IMG/VR virus record: IMGVR_UViG_3300049435_000061
Location: 1-64,000 of that record
Source: a virus
Reading direction: 5' to 3' (one strand)
DNA length: 64,000 nt
This document shows positions 35,614-44,572 of the stretch, one piece after another. How positions within the stretch are numbered: the stretch's first letter is position 1; every line of letters begins with the position of its first letter. The translations under genes and the position numbers were made by a program. The notes beneath the pieces were generated by a model. That model saw only the letters and a list, made by a program, of their open reading frames with translations, was not told the DNA's origin and searched no databases.

Positions 35614-36648
35614 TTAGGCGATGCCTGTGACGGAGTTGGATACCAACGAATTCGTCTGCAACAGGTTGGTGCCGGTTGCGCGCACACGGAAGATCCAGCT
35701 GCCACCCGTGGCGACGCCGGTTACCTGTGCAGTAACAGTCGAACCCGCAACCGTGGGGAAACCGGTGTCGAACGCCGCTGTCGTCCAGGTGGACCCGGCG
35801 TTGTTGGACTTCTCAACAATCAATGTAAACGGTGCCGCACGACCGGACGGCTGTGCGAACACAATGCTGGCTTTCTGGCCAGCGACCGCCGTAGCAATCG
35901 GCGCTGGTGCCGGGAAGCTGGCGTATCCACCGGTCGCGCGCCACGCTGCGCCGTCGTAGTGCTCAAGCACCGGCTTGTTCACGTACGGGCAGGGCAGGAT
36001 CATAAAGGTGAGGTGAACACCGGTACCGGACTTGCCTTCACGTGCCCACTTGAACTCGGCCACCTTGGTCTTGGCGCAACGGGGAATGGTGCGTGCAAAC
36101 ACGTGTCCACCGTCGAAGCCAAACAGAATGAACTGGCGTTCAACGATGGTGGCTTCCATCGGCTTGGCGATGGTGAGGTTGGCCGCGCCCAAGTCGGGGA
36201 TGCCAATGAGCGGTATCTCGTTGACCAGATACCGGATGAGCGGCGTCTGCTCCAACGCGACAATCTCGAAAGTCTCACCCTCTTTGGTGATGTCGACGCG
36301 CGCCGGTCGCAGCGACTGTGCAGTCGGCACCTCTTCCATGTCAGTGTTGGGGTTGTAGGCGATACCTTCAGCACCGAGTTGACCTGCGTGCCAGAACCCG
36401 AGGTTGGCCGACGTCTTCATAGACCAGTCGATGTTGTGGATGAGCAGGTCGCTACGGACCTGGCCGTCCTGTGCGTACGGGCTGAAATACCCGTCCGTGC
36501 CCAGGCCAACCGAGGGGTCGGCGAGGCTGGTGGTCGCCTGCTGATAGTCACGGAAAAACGCATCGGTGATGACACCTTTGCGCACTGTCAGCGGGTTTGT
36601 GCCGCCGAAAATAGCTGGGTATGTTCCGCCAGTGGTGGGCAGAGCCAT
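35614..36648 (-). CDS. major tail protein with C-terminal FN3-like domain
   Basis: Strong RBS AAGGAG; position; WIFRVRA. Confidence 0.85.
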   Translation of the reverse strand: MALPTTGGTYPAIFGGTNPLTVRKGVITDAFFRDYQQATTSLADPSVGLGTDGYFSPYAQDGQVRSDLLIHNIDWSMKTSANLGFWHAGQLGAEGIAYNPNTDMEEVPTAQSLRPARVDITKEGETFEIVALEQTPLIRYLVNEIPLIGIPDLGAANLTIAKPMEATIVERQFILFGFDGGHVFARTIPRCAKTKVAEFKWAREGKSGTGVHLTFMILPCPYVNKPVLEHYDGAAWRATGGYASFPAPAPIATAVAGQKASIVFAQPSGRAAPFTLIVEKSNNAGSTWTTAAFDTGFPTVAGSTVTAQVTGVATGGSWIFRVRATGTNLLQTNSLVSNSVTGIA

Positions 36649-36742
36649 AGTGATACTCCTTCAATTTGAGAGAGTGCCCTGGATTAGCAAGGCGGACAAC
36701 AACGGTGACTGTGTAAAACTGTGGTGCGACATTTTGTCGCAG

Positions 36743-37171
36743 CTAGACGAATCGCCAATCAATGTCGTATTCAGTGATGAATCGCTCGGCAGAACCGTCT
36801 TCGGCGTATTTCTCCCAGGCCGGTGACATCTTCGTTTCCACCCGGTCAGGCGTAACCGGTTTACCGTTAGACAACGTCACCCACTGTTGCGGCACCAGCG
36901 GTGGGCCGAACATGAGTATCCGCTGCCACGCCAAACGTGAAGCCAGGTAGGCGTTTCGGATGGCCGACACACCGTCGTGCGCGACGTCGAACGAATGCAC
37001 CCGGTAGTGGGCGAAATGGGTGATCTTGTCATCGTCACCAGGCAATTCGGTGATCATGTGAAACGGGTACACACCAACAGGTTTGGTCGCTCCCGCCTGA
37101 CCAATCTCGGACACCCAAATCTGTAGCGCCTCAACACCATCCGGTGGCATCCAAGGCAACAACAGTGTCAT
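36743..37171 (-). CDS. tail terminator
   Basis: Synteny and size. Confidence 0.65.
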   Translation of the reverse strand: MTLLLPWMPPDGVEALQIWVSEIGQAGATKPVGVYPFHMITELPGDDDKITHFAHYRVHSFDVAHDGVSAIRNAYLASRLAWQRILMFGPPLVPQQWVTLSNGKPVTPDRVETKMSPAWEKYAEDGSAERFITEYDIDWRFV

Positions 37172-37509
37172 ATCAGATACTTGCCTTTGTTGCCGAACTC
37201 TTGGGCAATCTTGGCACGAATCATGTGTTCGTCGGTGTCTTCTGACCCGTACTCCACAATGTGGGCGTACGGCGCATAGTCACCCACCCGCCGCGCCGGG
37301 TGACCGTGCTTGTCCACAATCTTTTTCACCTGAATGTCGGCGACATATTCGCCGGTAACCACAGGTGCCCTGCCGTGCCAGGACGACACAACGTCGTTGG
37401 CGATTTTGTCGAGGCCGGATTCGATTTGGTCGTCAGCCTCGGCGTAAATGTCACTCTCGGAAATGCCAAGCTCTTTCAGCGCTTCCGAGAGGTCGGCATC
37501 CTCAGCCAC
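37168..37509 (-). CDS. HK97 gp10-like neck protein
   Basis: APVVTGEY...APYAHIVEYGS. Confidence 0.75.
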   Translation of the reverse strand: MAEDADLSEALKELGISESDIYAEADDQIESGLDKIANDVVSSWHGRAPVVTGEYVADIQVKKIVDKHGHPARRVGDYAPYAHIVEYGSEDTDEHMIRAKIAQEFGNKGKYLI

Positions 37510-37784
37510 TAGCTGCTGCGGCCTTTACGTGGCTTCGACCCGCCCTCATCGGCGGGCGGCACATTGGGGTCGGGTGTCTCGCCAGACCGAACAGCCGTGT
37601 CGGGTACCTCGTCAACGCGTGACTCGGCTACCGGCTCCAAAAAGCCACCGGCCACCAAAGCGTCGGCCTGATCCTTGTTGGGGACCACCACCTCTTTGCC
37701 GAATTCCCGTTCCAGCACTGTGCTTTCGCCATCAGCAGATGTGATGGCGCACGGCGACAGAACCTTATATTTCGCTGCACTCAT
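37509..37784 (-). CDS. hypothetical virion-associated protein
   Basis: RBS and ORF. Confidence 0.6.
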   Translation of the reverse strand: MSAAKYKVLSPCAITSADGESTVLEREFGKEVVVPNKDQADALVAGGFLEPVAESRVDEVPDTAVRSGETPDPNVPPADEGGSKPRKGRSS

Positions 37785-37800
37785 GGTTTCCCTTTCATTC

Positions 37801-38157
37801 TCACGAGATGTCTTTCTGCTGACGCTTGCAGACAGCTTCCACATAGAACACTGAACCGGAGGCGTCTTTGATCTTGCCGATGCCGCCCCAGATTTCGTAC
37901 GTGACCCCGTCCTGGCGTATCTGACTGTCCGCCTTGGCAGCCAACAGTGCCGCTATCGGCGGCGCTATCAAATGCCAGAACTCGCCGGACTGGTCGGTGA
38001 GTGCAACCACCTCTTGGGTCGACATCTGCTCAAACTGACAGTTGCGCACAGTGGTTGGCGATTCAATCGGAAGCGCCTCACCCCAAGGATCTTTGGTCGC
38101 GCTTTGGGTGAAGTTGACGACCGTGACCGTATCGCCACCGAAAGACAGACTGCTCAC
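37801..38157 (-). CDS. head-to-tail stopper
   Basis: DPWG...DGVTYEIWG; synteny. Confidence 0.7.
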   Translation of the reverse strand: MSSLSFGGDTVTVVNFTQSATKDPWGEALPIESPTTVRNCQFEQMSTQEVVALTDQSGEFWHLIAPPIAALLAAKADSQIRQDGVTYEIWGGIGKIKDASGSVFYVEAVCKRQQKDIS

Positions 38158-38732
38158 ATCGGCGCTTTCAACCGGAACGGTTCAACCAGGTGTGTGTTGA
38201 AAATTTCGGAAGCGTTTTCATACCAGTCACGCTCGACGTCGCGCACCTTGTACCGCTTCAACCCGGCGACGCCGACTTGCAAAGCGAACCTGTCGCACGC
38301 ATCGAGTACAGCCAACCGCCAATCCTCGGCCTCGGCTTCGGTGAATCCGTGTGTCATGGTGACAACGATGGAACTGTAGTCACACGACCACCGTGTCTGC
38401 GACGCCGCCCACCCGATGTTTCCGGTAGTCCACTTTTTGCGCAGCACAACCGGTTTGGTCTGCGAGGCACGCAGATCGGCAACATTCAACGCCACGCCGT
38501 CCTCCACCACGCTTGTCAATGTCACCAACTTTTGGGTGGGCAACATCAGCATCCGCTGACCCGACCCGTCGAGTGTCACAACGTCGCCGGTCTTGACTGG
38601 CGTTACATGCCATTCGCAGTAGCTGCGCAACGCCCGCAAAGCGCGTTGCAGGATACGGTTGGTCTCAACCTCGTTGGCCGGTAACCGACCGTTGGTGTAC
38701 AGGTCGAGGTCGGCGGGCGTTAGCTCTGCCAT
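38154..38732 (-). CDS. head-to-tail adaptor
   Basis: LRSYCEWHVTP...LDGSG...LPT...VTMTHGF. Confidence 0.8.
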   Translation of the reverse strand: MAELTPADLDLYTNGRLPANEVETNRILQRALRALRSYCEWHVTPVKTGDVVTLDGSGQRMLMLPTQKLVTLTSVVEDGVALNVADLRASQTKPVVLRKKWTTGNIGWAASQTRWSCDYSSIVVTMTHGFTEAEAEDWRLAVLDACDRFALQVGVAGLKRYKVRDVERDWYENASEIFNTHLVEPFRLKAPM

Positions 38733-39131
38733 CTAGGACCGATCAATGTATCCCGCCACACTGTAGGTAATGCTGTTGGCATTGCCGTGTGTGACGGTGA
38801 CCCGCATGACAGGTGGAAGTACGTCAGCCACAGCGACGTTGGCGATGGTCGTGATGCCGGGCCGGACACGCAGCACTGTGGTGCCGACCGCCGTGATAGC
38901 CGCCGACGTGATGATGTCCCACGTCTTGCCGCTGATCAGGTCAACACCTTGAAGTTTGACGGTAATGCTTGGCGCAGTGACAATCGCCGTCACATCGACC
39001 ACGATGATGACGCCGACCGCTTTCGCCAGGTCTTCAAACTCCATGCTGTTGGGATCAGCGGTGCGCGCCGCAGACGGCAACACTGGAAACATGTCGGCAC
39101 CGGGGCCGACATATCCGGTGGTAATAGGCAT
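38733..39131 (-). CDS. virion protein (possible decoration)
   Basis: Beta-rich, after capsid gene. Confidence 0.6.
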   Translation of the reverse strand: MPITTGYVGPGADMFPVLPSAARTADPNSMEFEDLAKAVGVIIVVDVTAIVTAPSITVKLQGVDLISGKTWDIITSAAITAVGTTVLRVRPGITTIANVAVADVLPPVMRVTVTHGNANSITYSVAGYIDRS

Positions 39132-39135
39132 GTGC

Positions 39136-39549
39136 TTATGACCTCAGAACCGGGTGCGCATTACCGTTGCCACACACGGCTACCGCCATGTACACACCAC
39201 CTGTGGTTGTGCCGGTGATGGTGGACACCAGCCGCACATATCGCTTGGTCGGCCTAGCACCCACCTGCGCCACCGTATTGCTGTTGGCAGACGTCAATGT
39301 CGGTGCGGTGCCCTGAACGCGCGACGCATCGACGGCGGCATAACCAGAGCCGGACACATCCGATTCCTCAATGCTCAAAACATGGTTCCCATCGGTGATG
39401 GTGCCGATGGCAACAACGAACAGAACATCTTTGAACTGGTTGTTGAACTGGTTAAGGTCGACCGCCACACCGTTGACGGTGCCGTTCACTCGCGCAGTCG
39501 CACCCGTCAATGCGGGCTGGGCAAATACGTTGTTACCCGTTGTGATCAC
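39136..39549 (-). CDS. virion protein (possible capsid decoration)
   Basis: Beta-rich; KRYVRLV. Confidence 0.6.
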   Translation of the reverse strand: MITTGNNVFAQPALTGATARVNGTVNGVAVDLNQFNNQFKDVLFVVAIGTITDGNHVLSIEESDVSGSGYAAVDASRVQGTAPTLTSANSNTVAQVGARPTKRYVRLVSTITGTTTGGVYMAVAVCGNGNAHPVLRS

Positions 39550-39929
39550 TTTGCATCACCTTTCGGGGTAGCACCGTGACCGCCGTGACCGGGAAAGCTG
39601 GTCGTTTTGATTCCACCGGTCGGCTTGGTTTCTGGCTTGGTATCGGATACCGACTTGGTGTCCGATGCCGACTTCTGCTTGGACGCTGTTGACTTGGCGG
39701 TGGACACCGAACGTTTGGCGTTGGGTTCCGCCGTAGCGTCTTCGACGCCCCTGCCTGATCGCACCGCTTTTTCGGTCCTCAACCGATCCTCCAATGGCTC
39801 GAAAAAACTTTCACGGCCCTTGTAACCGGGGTCGTCACTTGAGACGAGCTTGCCCGGTGTAACGACTACGGGTACACCGCTTTCGTCGTTGTACGAGAAC
39901 GCTTCACGCGCTCTGAAAATCTCTGCCAC
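39546..39929 (-). CDS. hypothetical protein
   Basis: Post-capsid ORF. Confidence 0.6.
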   Translation of the reverse strand: MAEIFRAREAFSYNDESGVPVVVTPGKLVSSDDPGYKGRESFFEPLEDRLRTEKAVRSGRGVEDATAEPNAKRSVSTAKSTASKQKSASDTKSVSDTKPETKPTGGIKTTSFPGHGGHGATPKGDAK

Positions 39930-39958
39930 GTCACTGCCTTTCAAAGAGGTTGGTGACA

Positions 39959-39996
39959 GAACTGCGGCGCACCCCGAGGAAAGTGCGCCGCAGTTC
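39959..39996. terminator. 14-bp stem-loop after major capsid gene
   Basis: GAACTGCGGCGCAC/GTGCGCCGCAGTTC; no U-tract. Confidence 0.55.
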
Positions 39997-40007
39997 CGCC
40001 CGTCTTG

Positions 40008-41630
40008 TTAGACGTTGAGCAACCGGAAGGCGTTAGCGTTGACGACGCCAGAGCCCACCCGGTAGTAGGCGAACCAACCACGCTGGCCAGTCGGTCGCCG
40101 GTTCGCACCCACCAGGTGGGGGATGAACTCGACGGCCATGCCGAGACGGTCGGTGATAACGAAGTTCTCGAAATCGCCGAACGCCAGCGCGTAGTTGGTA
40201 CCGGTGACAGAGCCGGTCAGACCGGCCATCGCCTCTGCCTCCAACGCATCGCGACCCAACAGTTGGGGCGGACGGTCGTAGGCCAGCGTGGTCCACAGAC
40301 CGGCACCACCAGCGGTGTCGAACTGGCGAATACGGTTGTAGACCAGGTTGTTGGCGAGCCACGAGGCGTTCTGCCGGAACCGTGCTGGCAGTGAACCTTG
40401 CAGCGCATACACATCCGACAGCGCGAACGTGTTGTCGACGCCTGCCGCGACGACGGTGGAACCACCAGCCGCCACCAGGGCGGTGATGAGTCCGGTCGGC
40501 TCGTTGGTGCCGGAACCAACAATGAGCTTGTTGCCTTCCAGCTCGTCTTTGCCGCCCGCCAACAGCCGTCCAACCTGCTGCGCGACGTTCTGCTCATCCA
40601 TCAAAGCCTCGATGGAGATGGGCACGAAACCGCGAGCCATGTAGTTGGGGATTGCCGGACCGGCGAACGACGGCGAGTCGTCGGAAACTTCCGTCGCCTC
40701 TGGATCGAACGACCACGACACGTTGGCCGAGGACACACCGTTCCACACGTCACCGGTCGCAATGACGGTGCGTGCTTTCTGCCGAATGTCGCTGCGAACA
40801 CCGGAACTGGTGATGATCAGCGTCGGGTCCAGCTGGAAGGGCACAAGGTAACCACCTTGTGCATCCGACAGCGACATGGCACGGAACTCTTCGACCTCCG
40901 AAATTGCCCGCTGCTCATCAGGGGTGATCGAGTGCGACTTGCCGCAGGCCAGCTTGGACCAGGCCCGCAGATACGCAGGCTGCGACGTCACCAGCGCGTG
41001 GCGGGACAGACGGGCATCCTTGGTGTCGTACTCCTCGATGATGTGGGTTGCCGCCTTGCGGATGTTGTCGCTGCAACCCTGCATCCGCTCGATGGCCGCG
41101 AGCGCACGGGAACGGTACTCACCGGCAACAGCTCCCGGCTCGCGCCCGTAGGTGCGCATCTCGTTCATGTTCCACGGGTCCTTGTACCGCCCGTTTTCCA
41201 CGCTGTCGGGTTCCAGAATCGAGTCACGGTCGAAGGTGTCGCCACCGCCGCCGCCCTTCGTGGTTCCCGGCACGATGCGAAGCCCGCGAAGCGACTGATC
41301 CACACCGTCGTCGGCACGCTCGATGCGGGCCAGCGCATGACGCCGTTCCAGCTTCTTGCGGTGCTTGTCGACGGTGTCGAACTCGTCGGTGAGCTGGCGG
41401 AAATACGACTCGTCCTCGTTGGACATCTCGTCCAACTCGGTGAGCCGCGTCAGCTCGGAACGAATGTCGTGCAGCCGATTGACGGCCTGTGAATGGGTCA
41501 GTGTGGGGCCGTCGTCGCGACTGTCATCGTCGTCGGGGGCACCACCCATCACTGGCCAAATGGGTCCGCGCTTGCCGACCCCGATAGCCCGCACCCCGGT
41601 AAACGGGTGCACTGGCAGATCGTTGCTCAT
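40008..41630 (-). CDS. major capsid protein, HK97-like with delta domain
   Basis: GGYLVP...FGDF...ITDRLG...GQRGWFAYYRVG. Confidence 0.93.
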   Translation of the reverse strand: MSNDLPVHPFTGVRAIGVGKRGPIWPVMGGAPDDDDSRDDGPTLTHSQAVNRLHDIRSELTRLTELDEMSNEDESYFRQLTDEFDTVDKHRKKLERRHALARIERADDGVDQSLRGLRIVPGTTKGGGGGDTFDRDSILEPDSVENGRYKDPWNMNEMRTYGREPGAVAGEYRSRALAAIERMQGCSDNIRKAATHIIEEYDTKDARLSRHALVTSQPAYLRAWSKLACGKSHSITPDEQRAISEVEEFRAMSLSDAQGGYLVPFQLDPTLIITSSGVRSDIRQKARTVIATGDVWNGVSSANVSWSFDPEATEVSDDSPSFAGPAIPNYMARGFVPISIEALMDEQNVAQQVGRLLAGGKDELEGNKLIVGSGTNEPTGLITALVAAGGSTVVAAGVDNTFALSDVYALQGSLPARFRQNASWLANNLVYNRIRQFDTAGGAGLWTTLAYDRPPQLLGRDALEAEAMAGLTGSVTGTNYALAFGDFENFVITDRLGMAVEFIPHLVGANRRPTGQRGWFAYYRVGSGVVNANAFRLLNV

Positions 41631-42841
41631 GTGTTTTCCTTTCTTGGATGTTCGAGCAACACGGCACGTGTACGTTGCATAACCTCCGCAATGTCGGATT
41701 GCGAAAGCTTGTGCTGTGCCGGTTCTTTCGGTTTCGACGGGTGCTCCCCGGCGCGCGACTGGTCAGGGTCACGGGTGGTTTGCGGCGCGTCGTTCTTCGT
41801 CGGTGAGTGCTTTCCGGCAGAACCTTTCGGCTCTGTGGATCGCGGCGCACCGGAAGTTTTTTCGGCAGAATTGGTTTCGTCTGCCTCGTCATCATCTGGA
41901 TCATCGATGCCCATTGCTTCCAGCAAGGCATCTGCGGTGGTCTCGGCAGCAACAAGCAGGTTGAGTGCCTGCGCCACGTCGGGTGGGAGCGTCGCAAAGT
42001 CGACGCCGGAAACCAGTTCGACAGCCTCGTCAAGCGTGGCGTCGAGTGCGCCAGCTAATGCTGCGGCGTCGTCGTCGGCGTCGGTGGCCCTGGTGTCCAA
42101 CTCGCCGCCATCGTCTTTACGCTCAGCTTCGTCGGCGATAAACACCGCACGGGCCAACAGCTTCCGCTGTTGGGGGTCGTTGCGCTTCAGCCGTCCGAGA
42201 TCGATGATCCGGCTGCGCACACCCACCGATGTGTCGACGTAGGCGGGCCAGACAACCGGGCCAATCTCGGGTACCCGCACCTCCTGCAAAGTACGAATCG
42301 GCAGTTCAGCTTCCGGCACATCGCCCGACCATGTTTCGCGCAGGACTTTCATCAACTCTTCGTCATTTTTGATCGTCTTGCCGTCGAACGTCTCCCATTT
42401 TTCCCGCACAACCTCGAAGCGAAACGACATGCCTTTAATCGCTTGGGCCGCTATCGCATCACGCAACGGCTCGATCAACCAGTTGCGGCTCATGTTGGCA
42501 ATCACATGCGCGCCGCCGTCCGGTGCCAACTCGGGATCGACTTCCTCCCTTGCACTTACCAACTCGCCGACCGGTATCGAACCGATCAAAGGGTGACGAC
42601 CGTGGTCGAACTGAACTATCGGCGGGCTTTCCCGAAACGACTTGGTCATCGATCGGTTGGCCAGCTTCTCGCGAAACACACCCTCCCAGGAGTCAATCGT
42701 GGTGAGCCGGTTGAACACTGCGCCGTAGCCGTCCAACGTCCAGCCGTCACCGGTTGCCCCGTCAGCGCTACGCAACTTGAAGGGTGCCTGCCGGACACCG
42801 GCTGCCGGTCGCTCCGCGCGACGTTCAATTGTTGGTGGCAT
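41627..42841 (-). CDS. HK97-type prohead protease with acidic C-terminal extension
   Basis: LDGYGAVFN...FDHG...GMSFRF...EIGPVVWPAY. Confidence 0.9.
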   Translation of the reverse strand: MPPTIERRAERPAAGVRQAPFKLRSADGATGDGWTLDGYGAVFNRLTTIDSWEGVFREKLANRSMTKSFRESPPIVQFDHGRHPLIGSIPVGELVSAREEVDPELAPDGGAHVIANMSRNWLIEPLRDAIAAQAIKGMSFRFEVVREKWETFDGKTIKNDEELMKVLRETWSGDVPEAELPIRTLQEVRVPEIGPVVWPAYVDTSVGVRSRIIDLGRLKRNDPQQRKLLARAVFIADEAERKDDGGELDTRATDADDDAAALAGALDATLDEAVELVSGVDFATLPPDVAQALNLLVAAETTADALLEAMGIDDPDDDEADETNSAEKTSGAPRSTEPKGSAGKHSPTKNDAPQTTRDPDQSRAGEHPSKPKEPAQHKLSQSDIAEVMQRTRAVLLEHPRKENT

Positions 42842-44273
42842 TAGAGTTTCCTCCGTTGTTGTGTGCAGCATCGACCGCCGCGATGGCATCGTCTAACTGT
42901 TTCTGCTGGTCGTTTTTGCTGTTGTCACCGGGCTTGGTCAACTGCACACTGGTTAAACCGGTGTGGCTCAGCAGACGCCAATCTTGTGCGAGCACAGCGT
43001 TGACGATGCTGTCCGGCTCGTATCCGGCTGTGATCAACGTGTTGATGGTTGTGCCTTGAATCTGCTGGATGAGTGCGGCGTCTTTCTCATCTTCGCGCAG
43101 AAACGGCACATTGGTGGCGTCATACCAAAGTCGTTGTGCCGCGTCGGGAAGTTCAAGCACCGACTCTAAACTGCCAGCGGCATTCTGCCACAACGGGTGC
43201 ATGGTGCCATCGGCGAAGCGGCGACGCGCTTGACTGTAGTTTGCATACGTCGCCGCTTCCAGTCCCTCCGAGAACCCCGCGATCACAGGAGGAACGCCTG
43301 CCGCCGCAGCGATGCGGGTCTCGCCACCGCCGCGAACACTTTTGAAGTCAATATCTTTCAGGTTGGTACCGACCGGAACGGGGTCGGCACCGGGTGCGAG
43401 ATGCAATGTCTTGTACGCATTCTCGATGCCCTCGTGCTTGTCTTTGAACAACTCTCGGAACGCCTCAATCGTCTTGAGCTGCGTGCCGCGCTCGTATTTC
43501 ACAATCATGTTGACGGTCGCGCCGTTGTCGAAAAACTTGCGCTGGTGCTTAGTCATCGCCCTGTCGGCAGCAATCTCCATGAGTATCGGTGTCAACCAGG
43601 ACATCCCACGGTAGGTCGCCAATGGATCAGGGTTGGGGTGGAAGTGTGCGACCTCGGTGGTGTCGAGAAACACTGGCTCATATTGCGACCCGTAGCCGCC
43701 TTCGGTGTAGACGAACCCCAGTTTGCGCCACCCGATGCACCCGCCACCAGCCTCACCGACGCCACCCCGGTAGGACCGTTCCGCCAGAACAATGTCAACC
43801 CAGTCGGGTCGTAGGCGTACCAGCTCGTTTGCGTCGGCGTCGTAGGTGATGTAGGCATTTCCGGCCAGGTCGGCATCCAGAATCATGCGGATCAACAAGT
43901 CTTGGGTGGTGGCGTTGGCCCACGGTCGTTGCAGTATCCGCAGCTGAGGATCGTTGGCCCAGATGTCGCTTGGCGCACCGTCAAGCATTCTCTGCCAGGT
44001 GAACCGCACGCTGGAAAACACCGACATGCGCACCAGCTCGCACGCGAAGATGGGGCCGTTCGACTTGTACGCCTGGTTGACATGGCCGACAAACGTCGGG
44101 GCTGGCGGCTCAGTGATGCGCCCGCCCAATGTGGATTGGATTGCGGGTGCGCCCATGTTGAAGCCGTAGGCCATGCCGTTGTAGTAGAAACTGTTCAGCA
44201 GTTCCGCGTAGTCATCGACCGTTTCGATAGACCGCTGTTTCGGGAACACGCGATCCACCCAACGTGGTGCCAC
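42825..44273 (-). CDS. portal protein (HK97 family)
   Basis: LAGNAY...LRPDWV...RGMSWL...GVPP...TYANY. Confidence 0.92.
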   Translation of the reverse strand: MAPRWVDRVFPKQRSIETVDDYAELLNSFYYNGMAYGFNMGAPAIQSTLGGRITEPPAPTFVGHVNQAYKSNGPIFACELVRMSVFSSVRFTWQRMLDGAPSDIWANDPQLRILQRPWANATTQDLLIRMILDADLAGNAYITYDADANELVRLRPDWVDIVLAERSYRGGVGEAGGGCIGWRKLGFVYTEGGYGSQYEPVFLDTTEVAHFHPNPDPLATYRGMSWLTPILMEIAADRAMTKHQRKFFDNGATVNMIVKYERGTQLKTIEAFRELFKDKHEGIENAYKTLHLAPGADPVPVGTNLKDIDFKSVRGGGETRIAAAAGVPPVIAGFSEGLEAATYANYSQARRRFADGTMHPLWQNAAGSLESVLELPDAAQRLWYDATNVPFLREDEKDAALIQQIQGTTINTLITAGYEPDSIVNAVLAQDWRLLSHTGLTSVQLTKPGDNSKNDQQKQLDDAIAAVDAAHNNGGNSNATNN

Positions 44274-44572
44274 TAGCGCTTGACCACCCTGCCGTCGCGC
44301 CGGATCTTGCCGTGATCGTCAACCTCGTAGTGTTGTGGTGTCTTCTGCTCCCAAGGCTTGTCAGCCACCGACACACCGCGACGGCGCATCCGTGGCCTGA
44401 TGGCACGCTCACGCTGCGCCGTACGGTTAGGTACGGTGCGCAGGCCTGCGGTCAACGACCGGTTCGCCACCTCACGGGGCGTCGCCAGTACACCGTCAGG
44501 GTCGAAGTTCTCCGGTATCTCAGCGCCCATCATGTTCTTGCGCAACGTGATTCGGTTGTCTCGAAACCTCAT
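44273..44572 (-). CDS. hypothetical protein between terminase and portal
   Basis: Coupled ORF. Confidence 0.55.
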   Translation of the reverse strand: MRFRDNRITLRKNMMGAEIPENFDPDGVLATPREVANRSLTAGLRTVPNRTAQRERAIRPRMRRRGVSVADKPWEQKTPQHYEVDDHGKIRRDGRVVKR

